From contig CM022672.1 of assembly GCA_012295275.1 (NCBI GenBank), positions 4,278,001 through 4,342,000 of the forward strand: a stretch of 64,000 nucleotides of DNA, in the 5' to 3' direction. How positions within the stretch are numbered: position 1 is the stretch's first letter; each line of letters starts with the position of its first letter. This stretch comes from Chrysomallon squamiferum. Taxonomy: Eukaryota; Animalia; Mollusca. Below are positions 10,724 to 25,200 of this stretch, one piece after another. The notes under the pieces were generated by a model that saw nothing but the letters and a program-made list of their open reading frames with translations, was not told the origin of the DNA and did no database searches. The translations under genes were made by a program, and so were the position numbers.

Positions 10724-12409
10724 ATTTCATTATTATTTTAACAGGTCATGTGATAATAAACAATAATAAATAGAGTTTATTTTGTCTGTCGTTCGTTGAC
10801 GTTGCTTTTCGGCAAATCTGTTCTCTTACATGGCAATGTTATTATTATTATTGTTAATGTTATTGTTATTGTTATTATTGTTAATGTTGATGTTATTGTT
10901 ATTATTCATATTAAAATTAATATTAATTTTTTTTATTATTTTTATTTTGGCGTTTGGTCTTTTCTGCTCCTTTTCATGTAGATTTTTATTTCTTTGTTAT
11001 TAATTAATTAATTATTTATTATTATTATTATTATTATTTTATTTTATTTTATTTATTTATTTATTTATTTATTTATTTTTTAAATAGATTTTTTACAGTT
11101 TTGCTCCTGCTATTCTGTTACTACTGCATCTGTTGCTACAACTAATCAAACAAAAAAATATATCTCAATAAATAAATGAAAGAAGAGAGAAAGAAGAAAA
11201 GAATGAATAAATGAATATAAATAAGAAGACGGAGAAAAGGCGCGTGGTTTTTCAAATCTAACAATGATTATTTACTGAGCAACAGTTTGTACTATTACGT
11301 CAACACCTTTGAATCGAATCACAAAAATACTCAACAGGCGAGCAACAAAATGACTTTTTATAGCGAGAGAGAGAAAACAAAATACGATGATTATTTCACA
11401 CCCTTTGTATTAAGACTCTGTGTTTCCGGGTCCAGAAGCGACGTGGACAATGGCGGAAACTGACCTTCAGGTGGATGTTTACACCGTCTACAAGAAGACG
11501 TGGTCGACCGCCAGGCGGCGTTGTCTCTTCCCGTCTTAGTGACGTCGTGTCAGATCGGGGTCGCACGAGACGTGTGACAAATGGCGACTTTAACACTTCA
11601 GCTTGGCAACACATCTGTACGCATGTCAAAAAACATAGTGTCACCCGTACGTCAGAGCGCACCGGAGACTGATTTAATAGTTACACCGAGCTCTTGTAAT
11701 CACTGGATACTTAACCTGTATAAAAAAAAAAAAAAAAACACACACCATTAAACAGTTTTGTCTGTCTCTTTTTCGCCTTTTATCTATCAGGTTTACACAT
11801 CCGTATGCTCTAAGTACATGCACACTCACGTACACACACATAGCTTCATGCTCATTATTTCTGTTTTTCGCACGAAGGCATAAGCGGTATACACCTTTTC
11901 ATAAATATCCACACAGAATAACAAAGATGCACAGGCTCACACTCATACAGTCAGAAGATTTTTCATGCAGCTTTCATATATATTAGGTTTGTTTTTCACA
12001 CTGTATACAAACGGACGTACGCAACACAAACATACATTCTCACAATACAGAAAACACGTACGCGCGTGCGCACACACATACGCGCACACATACTAAGAAC
12101 AAGATAGAAAAAAGAAAAGTGTTGACTCCCTCATATCTTTTTTCTTCTTTCTTTTAAAAACTATGGCTTTCATAAAAGAGCTGTTTTAGTCGTAACGAGG
12201 CTTGAAGTTTGTCCCACGTGACAGAGATGGAGTGTTACAAGAGTGAAAACAAAACGAAATGACCTTCCTTGTGTTAAGTCATCCATCAAAGGATTTTTAC
12301 TCTTCTTTTCTCTTTTTGAAACAAATACTCCTTTTCAGGCCATCAGTCAAAGGATTTTTCATTTTGTTTCTTCTTTAAATTAAACCATTTTGGAGAGACA
12401 CATAAACTG

Positions 12410-12413
<4 letters not shown>

Positions 12414-12498
<85 letters not shown>
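12414..12498. repeat. (GA)n microsatellite
   Basis: Directly visible. Confidence 0.95.
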
Positions 12499-12500
<2 letters not shown>

Positions 12501-13120
12501 CTTATGTTGCGACAACACAGTTAATGAATTCTTGATGTTTTGGTTGTTTTGTTTCTTTTAGGTTTCTTTCACTTCTGATAATGTTATTAGCTTTTAATTA
12601 ATGAAAACCACACAATTGGTTCTGAATCAAGGAATGTATCCAAAATTCGTTCAGTGGGCCACCTCACACATCGCTCGAGTTGCTCTCCCCCAGGAGACCT
12701 CGGTACGAGACAATAAAGAAAAAGGATGACAGGTGAAACAGCAAAGTGGAAATGCCAATATGGCGTAGCCGGTATCTAAACGGTAGGCAATTGCGGCACC
12801 ACTGGAAAGCCATTTTCGTTGCTGGAAGCCCAGTTTGCGAAAAGTGAACAAGACAGAATACATTTATTCCTGTCCAGCAAAAAGTGACATTGCAGGGGCC
12901 TATCCAAATTTTCCGAAAATGGCGTGTGCACTGTATAACTCTTGTGTTAAAGACCAAATGAACTTAACTGTATAAAAAAAGATACTGAGGATGAGGGTGG
13001 GATGTTGCACTACTTCGGCGTTTGTACTCATGTGTGATTTTATATGAGAAAGAAATTCTATAATATTCTATCACATAACAAAAAAAAAGAAGAAAAACAA
13101 AACAACCTGAATCATTAGAC

Positions 13121-13122
<2 letters not shown>

Positions 13123-13184
<62 letters not shown>
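13123..13184. repeat. (GA)n microsatellite
   Basis: Directly visible. Confidence 0.95.
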
Positions 13185-13187
<3 letters not shown>

Positions 13188-13466
13188 TATATATAAAATG
13201 AATGAATACATAAATAAATAAAATAAAAAAGACAAAATTATAATTATTGCTACTATTAAAACTGCATATAATTATACCTTTCTTCATAATACTAAACATA
13301 CAGACATAAATACATTTAAATTATAAATAGGCCGGTCGTGCTACTAATAGTAATGGATATAGTTTACAGAATTAATTTTTATTTCATTGTAAAATTTGCA
13401 TATTCGTATAATGTATAATACAACTAATAACTAGCGAATGATTTATATGTATATATATATATACAC

Positions 13467-13470
<4 letters not shown>

Positions 13471-13535
<65 letters not shown>
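13471..13535. repeat. (GA)n microsatellite
   Basis: Directly visible. Confidence 0.95.
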
Positions 13536-13537
<2 letters not shown>

Positions 13538-13769
13538 AAGTAATTTTAACAGTGCAAGTGGAAATGGAAAAGTAAATGTTTCTCTAAACACACATACACG
13601 CGCGAGCGCGCGCATGCACACTGACGTTTTATTACAACCATTCGGGTAAAATGCATTCTTTAGGTTTCAGTTTTAATAAGATAAAGTTATTAAACATTTT
13701 ATTTGAATTGTATGTATACTACTCATAAGAAATTATATCTTAGTTTTAAACTAATGACATTAAACCAGC

Positions 13770-13872
13770 TAACGCCTCATCAAGAGCTAATATTCTTACT
13801 TAGTAGCATCAAAAGGATTTTTATATGCACCTACTCATACACACAAAAATGTAGACTATCGCTTTTGATAAC
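13770..13872 (-). mobile_element. decayed SINE-like remnant (same family as 6615-6700)
   Basis: Reverse complement reads ...TATCAAAAGC...GGTGCATATAAAAATCCTTTTGATGCTACTAAGTAAGAATATTAGCTC..., collinear with the 6615-6700 copy. Confidence 0.45.
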
Positions 13873-14694
13873 TGAAACTTTGACATAAAATGTAATGAAT
13901 GATGATAACAGTAACTTGTTCTAGGAACTATAAATTTCATTTGAAATGTTTGCTTAATAATCATATTAGGTAAAAGGGAAGGAATAAGGAATTTACAGTA
14001 ATATGCTTTAGTGAGAGATTATAGACTAAAGTGCTTCACTAAAACACCTCTCTTTGAAGCGGTCTGTTTCAATCTGTTCATTTTACTTCATTCCTTTTAG
14101 TTTCACTGCTTGTTTTCACTATTAATTAGTATAAACAGTATACTAAAATACAATAAACGTGAACAGGTCGACAGATAACAACTACAACAAACAGCAATAA
14201 CAACATTTTGTATGTGTATGTGTGTGAAACTTTTTCACATTGTTAAATATTTACTAAAAAAAACAACCCCCAAACAACAACAACCGAAAACAAAGAAAAA
14301 AATTTGATTGAAAATAAAATTAATGTTATTAATTATTAAAATATTTTGAAGACTTATTTTAATTGACAATAGGTCAGTTTTATTTTCAAAATTTGTGTAT
14401 TGTTACTTAAGAAAAATTGATTCTTAATGCCAGACTATGTATGACTTCGTAGTTGTAAGCGCCATAATCTTTATTTAACATTTATTATAGTTACAGTAAA
14501 CACATAACTTTTATTTATTTTAAACGAAACGGTTATTGCTATTATAAAATATTACAAATTTGTATTGTTTGTTTTTACTTTGTCTTAAGACATGTCTTAT
14601 GCTATTTTCATACTTCCTTTTATCTGCCTGCAAACAGAAATATAACATCAAACTTAATGTTAAAATGTTTATGAAAAAAAGTTCTGCAGTAAGC

Positions 14695-14696
<2 letters not shown>

Positions 14697-14743
<47 letters not shown>
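14697..14743. repeat. (AAT)n microsatellite
   Basis: Directly visible. Confidence 0.9.
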
Positions 14744-14746
<3 letters not shown>

Positions 14747-15034
14747 TACTGATAATAAACATTATTATTATTATTATGAACAAATAAACAACAAATATAT
14801 TTTTAAATATGAAAACATTTCTGATGGCTATCGATTAAACTCCTATTTTATTAACAAACTATAAACATATTTTTAAAAAAAAAAAAAAAAAAAAAAGATA
14901 TATAGTACTAAACTGAGTACTGAAAAATATATATATATAATATTTAGTACTGAATTAGTACTGATACAAGTGGAGTTTAATAAATAATAATAATAATAAT
15001 AAAACATCTTTCTTTTATCTTTTAAAAGAATTTT

Positions 15035-15360
15035 AAAACGGGGTATCTATCGTAAAAGCAAAAAGAACGTGCTAAATTTTTCGCCTGCGTCCCGAAAGCC
15101 TTCCTACAGGCTGATGAATTCCGTTATAGGGCTACTTGATCGCGTAATTTCCATTTGCTGCACGACATCGAGTTTTCGCAAGTACCCCAGTGGTTCGCTT
15201 TCTTCCCCAACTTCTTCTCTGATTCGACGAAATACTTCACGCTTTCTCGTATCCCCCTTTCACACCACGTGACCAGCATGATGGGCGCTTTGAATAGGAA
15301 CCACGTGACCTTTGGAAGCAGACGTCGAGTTAGTGTGGAAGACGCTATAGAGGTATAGAG
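15035..15360 (+). promoter_or_regulatory. probable FGFR promoter (CpG-rich, paired E-boxes)
   Basis: CpG-dense block with ACCACGTGACC at 15264-15274 and 15300-15310, just upstream of a consensus donor AAG|GTAAGT at 15474/15475 and of the CpG-depleted gene body. Confidence 0.55.
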
Positions 15361-15474
15361 TAAGGTAACGGAACTTTTTGGAATATATTTCTGTTTTTGT
15401 CTGCTAGTGAAGTTTTTCACGAAGTATATTTCATTCACGGATTTCAGTACAAATGGATATATTTACCACATAAG
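15330..15474 (+). other. FGFR: probable non-coding first exon of FGFR (5' boundary approximate)
   Basis: Perfect donor AAG|GTAAGT at 15474/15475. The signal-peptide exon begins with an acceptor (TTTTTCAG|30009), so an upstream exon is required. Confidence 0.55.
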
Positions 15475-16245
15475 GTAAGTCAAAAAGTTTTCGCTCTTAT
15501 AGAAGCAGGTGGTTGTGGCCTTTTAAAAAACCTAGCGATGTCACAAATTTAAAGGGACAGCTATTCAGCGATAAGGGAACTAGAGGGGTGTACAACAGTG
15601 AACTTTAAAAAACTCTTTGTGTTTTTTTTATTTTAAACACTTATGCAAATGGATGTTTAGAACGAGTGACTGAAAATATCACTTGTTTTATCAGCTTCAA
15701 GCTGTCGACGTGCAATTTTTAATATAATAATAATTATATTATTATTATTTTTAACGTTGAAACGTTTTTGAGTGTATCGGTATGCGACGCTTTCGTGTCA
15801 ACAAGACTTGTAAAAGGTCTTTTGGGTTTTAAGATGGGCAAATCATGGCGAATTGTTATACATAGTAATACTTGTGGCATGTGAATGAATTAATACACTA
15901 GTTTTCCATTTCTTTCATTTTTTTATTTTTTTTTTATTTAGTATATATTTTTTTATTGGTAGTATTTTCTGCAGTCATATTTAAACAATAATGTTGGAAC
16001 AGCTGGACGGGTTTTGAGATTTAACTTAATATTCATTACCTTCTCATTTCAGGGCTTTTTCGTTTCTCTTACATTATTATTATTATTATTATTTAAAAAA
16101 TATTTATACATTTTATTTTAGTTTTCAAAATATAGGCTATATCTGGACTGATAAATTTATTCAACGTTTTCCAAACATCAAGTTTTCATTCATTTATATA
16201 TTAATTATTTTTTATTTATATTATTTGACTATATACCCATGCAGG

Positions 16246-16276
<31 letters not shown>

Positions 16277-19200
16277 GAAATAAATATCTGTGTGTTAAAA
16301 ATAATAAAATGTAATATTGATTAAAACAAAAATTAACAAAACGATATTCACAGAGATGGACATGTAATAAAACGAAAGTGGAATCATTTCACAAATTAAA
16401 AAAAAAAAAAAAAAAAAATCACACGATAACATTACCAGCGCAAAGTAAAATAAATATTATTTCTAAATCTTGTTTATTTACATCTTTGTTCCCGACTGAA
16501 GAAGGTTAAAATAGTGACCTTGTATGAAAAAAGATTATGGACGTGCACGGCCCAAACTGGCGGGAAAAACATTCGTTAGGTGACGATCTTTGCTGGTCTC
16601 ATGTTTACATAACCAACAACACTTGCATATGAGCGGCTTTGGAGACCTCGTTACGGTTCGGTCTGCTGCTGGGGCCACACCCTGTGCAGTAATTAACAAC
16701 ATTAGCCAGCAGCCCCTTCAAAGAACACGGCCTGATCACAAGTTGTTGTTTGTCCCAGCTGGTGGTCCGGAAGGCTAGGAAAAACAAGAGAATTAGCTAA
16801 TTGACACCTTTTAATGGGGTTCAGTTTAAAGAAAAATAAAAAAAACAAATCTTTTGGAGATCATTTATTATAATTCAGCCAGAGTTTGTTCCACTTGTTT
16901 ATGCAAGAGAAAAAAGGATAAAATATTCCTGAATATGTTATGCAGTTCAAAAAATAATTGGAAAATAAAGAATTAATGAATTATATATATATATTTATAT
17001 ATATATAATACTGACAACAACAACAACAACAAAACCTGATTCCAAACCTGTATTCTTCAAACATTTTAATTTAATTTTAATTTTATTTGTTATTATTAAA
17101 AAGTTTTTAAAACAAACTGGCCTTTTAACGGTAACAAAGTAACAATATATTTTGACAGTAGGGTCACCTTAAGTATTTATTTACATAAATGCGGGATTGT
17201 TTTCTTACTACAACAAAGCGTATAGCGACACAAGGGAAAAAACAAGCACAGAGACCACAAATTACGCCGTATATATCTGCACATACGGTTATTGTGTTGT
17301 TGCAGTGACCTGGGGGGGCTGGATCGCATCGCAAGTTGTTTTATCTAAACGAAATTGAGACTCCTGATACCATTGCGCTATTGCCCCCCTATTAAAATCC
17401 ACGGGTGAAAACAAGCGGACTTAACACTACACTTTGAATTCACTATCGGAGAAAACCTACAAATTACAGATAAAATGTGATACCATGGTTTATTTAGGTA
17501 GACACTGCAGACAGGCAAACACTGAAATGAATGTGTCTTCTGGTCTTCATTTTTTTTTTTACGATTAAAAGAAGATTGGGCTACTCAGAATTATATTTTG
17601 AACTACCCAGTTTAGTGGCAGATGCATAGTTTTACTATGTTACCACGTTACTGAATGAATCCACTGACCATTGATGACGTATGTCAGATTTTAGAATGAA
17701 TTTACTGAATGTGATCAGCAGATACAAGTGTCAAAATGTTACACATTGCTTAGAAAAAATTTCAAGGAAGAAGGAAAAATAGACCTTAAAAATTAATACC
17801 CATGTGTAAGTTGTAATATTAAAGAATGTTTTTTTTTTTTTTTTTTTGAATTATATTTATAAGTAAAAAGATTTGTTTTTTGTTTTTGGATGTCTTTTCA
17901 ATATTTTCTTAAGAATGTATCTTAATGGATCTCCATAAACAGACATAAAAATATAAATATGTATAAATAAATAACCATTATAAAAGCAGATAATGAATGA
18001 AATTTATGATGAGATTTAAGAAAGAAAAAAAGAAGATATATATATACAAACATCTTAATACATTATATGTAAAATATAAAAAATAAAACAAAAGAAAGAA
18101 GAATGAATAATGAAATAAATAAAAAAGGGGGTTATAACTTTGTTCAGTATATCTTTTATATAAATTCTGCCAGTGTATTCTAAATCTTCAATAGGCAATT
18201 TTTGTCTTTCATGCCAGCAGACAAATTTCTCTGGAACCATGCCTCATTTGGTATGGGAGGAGCAACTGACAATTTTGTGGGATGGGCTAATCCTATTGGC
18301 AGAGCGAGGCAGTGAAATATTTGATTGGCTAATGGGTGGTGTGATTGGAAGCAGGCCTGGTAGAACCCTGCTCTAGGAGTGAGAGTTGATAGAGTAAACT
18401 GGTCAAGAGCTATCTGTAGATGGAACACAAGTGAAATTACATCAAAGTCTGTTAGTGTTCTGCCAAAGCACACATCACCTCTCCCAGGGTTTAGGGAAGG
18501 GGCTAAAGTTAATTTTTTTTTAAATTTAAACCTGGAATTTTAAGTGAAATGTCCTTGGCTAATGTTTATATCTGTGTGTGTGTGTGTGTGTGTGTATGTT
18601 TGTATGTTTGTGTCATATTATATTATAAGTAATCTTTTACAAACATTTATTACCAGGGAATATTTTCAGTGAGTTCTGGTTCAAATAATATACATTTTTG
18701 GAATATGTGTACTATCACATGCATAGTTGAAATAACTGTAAATAATATTTGTGATACTTTTATGTCTTTCTTAATATGGCTTGTGATACAAAACGTACAA
18801 CTGTGGGGTCTTAACTGTATATTTTCCCTGGTCCACAGCTTTCCAGTCTTTCCAGTAGAAGGTGATAACCTCACATGAAAGGAGTCCTCTGTGACAAAAC
18901 ATCAGTTGAAATTGCTATTTGCATCGTTTTTGGAAAAAACATTTTCCTATTCATCTCATCTCATTGTGTTTGTTCATTTGGTCCATAATGAAAGTTTTAG
19001 TTTACTGTATTATTGTCTGTCTTATCAGAAAATCTACCCACTCATGTTCTTATTGTTATCTCTACAAAAGCTTTTTTTTTTTTTTTTTTTTTTAGTAATT
19101 TGTGTTTACCCAGTTTATAATATAATAGTAGGTACAAGACATTTAACATACTGAAGTTGTTTGAAGATCTTTAAAGAAGATTATTTGTTTTAAGGAATAT

Positions 19201-22200
19201 TTCCTTTCATTTAATTAAGAACTACATACCAAAAAAAAAAAAATAATAATAATAATGAAAAATAGAGAAAGAAACCCAACAGTAAAAAACAACAAAAACC
19301 CTACTGTTAGATAGTACATTTATATCTAAAAATCAAACTTAGAGATCGAAAAGTAATGAGATTTTGTTGCTGAAGATACAATTTTATTTCTTTTCTGTTT
19401 TTTTTTCTTCTGATTAACCCTTTAACACATGGATATTTAGGAATAAATCAGTTTCAATATTAATATATATTCATATCAGTGTTGTTTTATTTTTTTATTT
19501 GATTAAAAAAATTTTTTTGGGGTATCATTCAATCTGCCTTGATCACAAGCTCGGCCTTTACATCTATATTCCTGTAGAAAAACATGGTTAATATCTGGAT
19601 ATATATATACATCTATATGAACAAGTCAAACGGTCCAGCAGCAGCTGTGCTGTAAACTGGGCAGTGGTCAGTCATGTGAACAAAGGTGTCAAATAAATTC
19701 AGCAACAATTTGTAAATTACTATGGCAGTATAACATTTTATGACAACATTTGTAGAGATTTTAGGTGTTAAATCTGTTATAAATTACTAATGGAAGAAAA
19801 ATGGAAGAATTAATGCTGACCATAACTAAGTGCATAAAATGAAAATAAGCACATTGCTTTAGACAAATATATGAAAGTGTGCAATTACTATTTAATTGCA
19901 TCTACTGAGCTTTTTGTGTACAGCAATAAACTGCAAATCTGATCCACATCATATGTTTACTGAAAAAACATAGCAAATGTAGGTATAAGCAAATGGTTGA
20001 AATGACTGAACATTGTGCATTCAAATACATTTACTAAAATTTAAACAGTTTCTTCACTTCTCAACTCCAATTTCTTATTTGAATGCAAGAATTAGTCACC
20101 CACACAGCACCATACTGTTTAATTACCAGCAGTTAGATAAGTCTGAACTTAAATGCTTATTAAGAAATGTATATTCCTTGTCTCAGATGGTGTACAGTGA
20201 AATGGTCTGGCAAATCAAGCTGATGTGGTGTTTATAATAGGAGGTAGTTATTCCCTCAGGAGCGGAAACTCCCAGCATCTCATTAGGGAACTGCTTGCTG
20301 CTTATCAGGCAAATAAAGATCTGTAATCAGAAAAATATCATTTACCAGCATTGGAGAAAGCTGAAGAAGATATAGAAAAATGTGAAAAGGGTAAAAAAAA
20401 AAGAAAGAAAGAAAGAAAATCAACCGGAAATGAGAAATTAAGAAAAGGAAATTGGTTGTGATGAAACAAATAATTCTGTTTCCACTGCTTATTTAAATAT
20501 AATATTATAAGAATATTTATTGACTATTGTTAGTATTTATATTCTAAAACATTTCACATTAAATATGAAAGGTCCACCAATAGTAAAACTAAAAACTAAA
20601 GGTTAATTAAATACATTCCTTTATTTTGATGGCGTTGTCACATTCTTTATTTAATAAAGATGAAAATATTACTATTAATAATAATGTGTTAAGTGGGTAA
20701 ACAGTTTGTATACCTACAGCTATGTTCATTGGTTTCAGAAACATGGTTTTTGTAGTTCATCAGTCCAGGAACTATAGTTAAGTTCACTTGTCCTTGGCAT
20801 AACTTTCAACTTCACAAGACTTTTCATTGATAAAAAGAGGTAGTTGATAACTTGTTTCTTAGAATCCCAGCGACCAGTGAAAGAAATGTTAATACAGTCT
20901 GGCTTCTTCAGTAAGATTCCTGCTTCTCAGTTGCCCATATGGTTTGTGTAGGCAAGGTTTTTCTCTGTCAATTGACTGCAGGCCATGCCTGTTTGTGGTA
21001 TTGTCTTATGATAATTCCACAGGAGTGTGAATTGTGTGTGGTACGTTTCTTCTGGATTTTCACTTCTGTATTTAAACAAAACAACACATGATAATGCTGT
21101 CGAATCCATAGAATCAAAAATAATATTACGTTTAAGTATTTGTAGACATCTGTCCCTTGAATGTTGAGAGCAGAAAAGCATTTCTTTTTCAGTATTTCAG
21201 AAACTGATGAAAAGTGTTATTTGTGAAGAAACCTTCTATTCATTGTTTGGATAGTTTTCATATCCAAATAGAGAATGTAAAAGTTATTTAGCAAATACAG
21301 ATTCTCTGTGTATTTATGTATGTACATGTCTGCATGCATTCACATGCCTATGTGTTTATTTTTCATTTCTAAATAAATATTTCAAGCAGATTAAAAAAAT
21401 AGTTCATAAAAATATTTTTCTAGCATAAGAAAGCATGTTGTCCTATTAAATATTTGTAATACCATTCAGATTGTATTTTTTCTGTTGAGCTTATTCCACT
21501 GGGATTTTTATAAACCAGAATTCCACATGTAAAAGGAAGTGAATTAAGCTAGGATTTGCCACAAACTCTTGATGTTGGTGGGGTCTGGCTTTTTTGGATG
21601 GCAAGCAGTGAGTGCATTTTTCCTTTCCAAAAACAGTTATAACAGTAGAACGGTGTCATATCCCAGAAGTGACATATCTGACCTAGATAGGAATAGAATT
21701 CCTTGTGATTTGTGTAAGGAATTTAAAGACATGTGTTTGATGTGGGATAGAGAGAGCTGTGTGATGTTTACTGCTGCCTGCAGATTGACAAAGAAACTCT
21801 TTGTTCTTCGGCCAAAAGACCAACAAACGACAGAAATGACAAACAGAATGGTTGGCATGTTCACTGAAGCTTACTTTGCAGTCAGTGAGTCCTGAAGGGA
21901 TGACATCGTTTTAATACACAGGTGTTTATATCTTGAAAAACTAAAAAAAAAAAAAAAAAAAATTCATTATATGCCTGCAATACTTTGTTAATTGTTTTAA
22001 AGTGGAGAATATTAAACCATTTGAATTTTAATAAATGATATCTTAAAAAAACAGAATTAAAAAAAGAAAAAAAGAAAAAAAGAGAGCACTCACCTGCACC
22101 CAAAGAAAGAAACAAATAAGCAATTTATAAAATAATTCAGATGTTTGAACATGGAAACACTTTATAAGAAATATGTTTTTATATATTTATTTTTTTAATT

Positions 22201-25200
22201 ATCTCTAACATAAACAGAGAAATGTTTGCTGCTATAACTAAACTGAATACTGATTTTCATAAATGTTTAAACTAAGTAAAATCTGAAGAAAACAATTTTG
22301 TTCTTCAAACTAATGCAGTTTGTATATTTAATTATAACATTTTGGATGTACCAATCTATATATATAGATACATCCATTCAAACTATTTGGAGTGATTAGT
22401 TAAGAAAAACAATACTGTTTTTATCCAATTTATACTTTCTTCATACCTTCATACCTTTCTTCATACAGTATTCTTATGCTTTGTGAGTGAATGAGTTAAA
22501 TTGAACAGACTTTTTCAAAACTACAATTAACAATGAAATGGTAACAAAGTAAATCAAAGAATTTTTTTTCTTTTTCCTTTTTATTCATTAGTTCAATAAA
22601 TAACTTCATTACTTGTTCACCCTGTAGCTAAATACTTAAAGGAACATGCTGTATTATTATAAATAAAAGCAATTGGAACAATTCTAAGATAAAAAGATTA
22701 AAGAGCTAATGAACTGGTACTTGAGAACAGGGAGAGAGTGAGTACCCATATAACATTGTGCAATACTGGCTCTATATAGAGAATAGCCTCAAATAGCTAC
22801 ACTTGAAATGGTGCACACTCATTAAAAGGCATTAGTGATATATAAACAGGATTTGTGCCAGACACTAGCTTTGTTTACCTAGCTATTTGTTAGCAGGTGT
22901 TGAAAGTGTATTATGGATAATTGATATGTATACTGTTTTAACAACACAGTTATTGTTTCTTGTTACATTTAACACTAAACTTGTTGACATGCTTTAAATG
23001 GTCTTGACATTCTGTGATTACTTTCAAGTCAGATGCTTGTTTTGTTGTTGCTTAATTGCATGGACCAGTTTCAGATCTTTGTTGTTTATTATTTCATTTT
23101 GTGACTCTCACTTAAGAAAACATCTCTTAACTAGAGGGCAAAACTACGTCAAGCTTGTGTAAAACCTTCAGTTGTTAAGCCACCAAATTTACATTGGTAG
23201 GTGCTGTGATCAAGTCCAGGTGAAAACTTTTCTTCCACCTGATTGCAGAAATTTGACACCACATCTTTCAAAATAATAAAGTAACATACTAATTTTCTCT
23301 TGGGCAGAAATGGACAGAGATATACAGTGATGTAAGTATATTTGAAATGATTGGTTTATTAGGTTTATGTGATGACTTTTGACATTTGATGTTCTTTGTG
23401 CTCATCTGGGTTATGGATATGTTTTTTCTTACCCAGGAAGGATAAAAGCCTTTCATCCTGAATACATTCTCCATAATAAGAAGTACTTGAAAACAAATGC
23501 ATTTGTTAAGCCCCTTTGTAGAAAACCTAATATAATTTAAAATATATAGGCCTATGTATATTTAAAAAAAAAAACCCTGATTTATCTAGTGTATCTTCAG
23601 CAAAGACAGTAAAAAGAAATAAAAAGGTATATTTAACAGATTTTATGTAGTTTAAAATATCTGTACTTGTAATATCTGTAATATCTGTAATTTAATTTTG
23701 AAAAACATTTTATTACTTTTTCCATAGTATCATTTTCTTTTATCTTAAAAAATAAAATAATAATAAATAAATAAATAAAAATGAAAGTAAAAGCAAACAT
23801 CTATTTTAATAATGATATCTTTAAAAGATGTTTTGTTATCAGGAAAAAAAAAAAAATTATGTCTAATGATTTTGTTTTTTCCTGTTAAAACTAAAAACTC
23901 CAAAATAAACAAATAAAACTGTCACTTGAAGATACTTCCTCAACAAAAACTAGATAAGAAACAAACACACATTTTCTACATCATTTCAGCAAAGACAGTA
24001 GTGTATTAGTGTCATTTAGTGCGGAATGTCATGCTTTGAAATTCACCGAAGGCTCAAGCTAACTGCAATCCAGGCTGTCTCTGGCACTTGACAGCTTTCA
24101 GATAGATGTGAAGACACGAGGAGGCCATTAATAAATTTCTCATCCATAAAAACATCCCCATTGTTATCCAAGTATTAGTCCATTAATGTAACCTGTCCTA
24201 CAGCTAAGTTAGATCAAGATTATCAGAGCATTACTTATCTTTTTCATTATATATTATTAATTTAGTAATCTGTATTAATGATAACAACAACAACAACAAC
24301 AATAATAATAATAATAATTTTATTATTATTTGATACATAAAATATGTCTGGAAAAGGTTGAACAAATATCTTGTATAGATAGGTTTATTTATGTGTATGA
24401 TAAATTGGTTTATATTTTCATGTATATGTATTTTATTTACTCTTTGATTTTCTTCAAAATAAGTATTCTGTGCTTTAACAAGTTTGAAATAAAACTAATC
24501 TGGACTATAACCCAATTTACATAACAGAATTAAGGATTTCTTCTCTTTTTTTTATGGCTTATGTACCTGACAATTACCTGTGAAAGGTAAGATGCCTTCT
24601 TTTGTTTGTGAGAGCATGGAGGTGTTGACCTGTGGTCTGTGAGAGGATTTGGCCCTTTCAGATAGATTTAATCCCAGTTAATTGCAGTAAGAGGTTTTCC
24701 TAGCAGGAGGTTTCTTTGAGGATGGACTTGTAGCTAATTAGTGGGTTTACAGATTTATACAATCTTCCTGACATGTTGTTAGTGAGAAAACACACCTTTG
24801 CACCTGTCTGCTGCACTGTGAATGAAAGTACAGTAAGTTGTTTTTGAAACATCTGTATTAAAAAAACCACCCCCAAAAAACAACTAAAAAACTGAGGTAA
24901 CTATATGTATATATATTTTTTAAACAATTTTATTTTCTTCTTTTGTTATTTATTATTATTATTATTATTATTTTTATATAATAGTTAACCCTTTTAAATG
25001 TGGAATGATGTTTTTTTGTTCCTATTTTTTTAGCATTCCATTCAGTATAACATCTTAGCATTTCCTTCTTGTGCTAGTTTACTGATCACTGAGGAATGGT
25101 GCAAACAACCCACAGAGGCTGGCATATCAGTACTTCATAACATTCTCAAATGCTTTTACCACATGTCATTCTCTTTAGTTTTAATAGCAACATGCAAATA

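Noticed and set aside
21569-21895. 108-aa ORF in FGFR intron 1
   Set aside because: No recognisable domain or convincing splice sites; consistent with chance.
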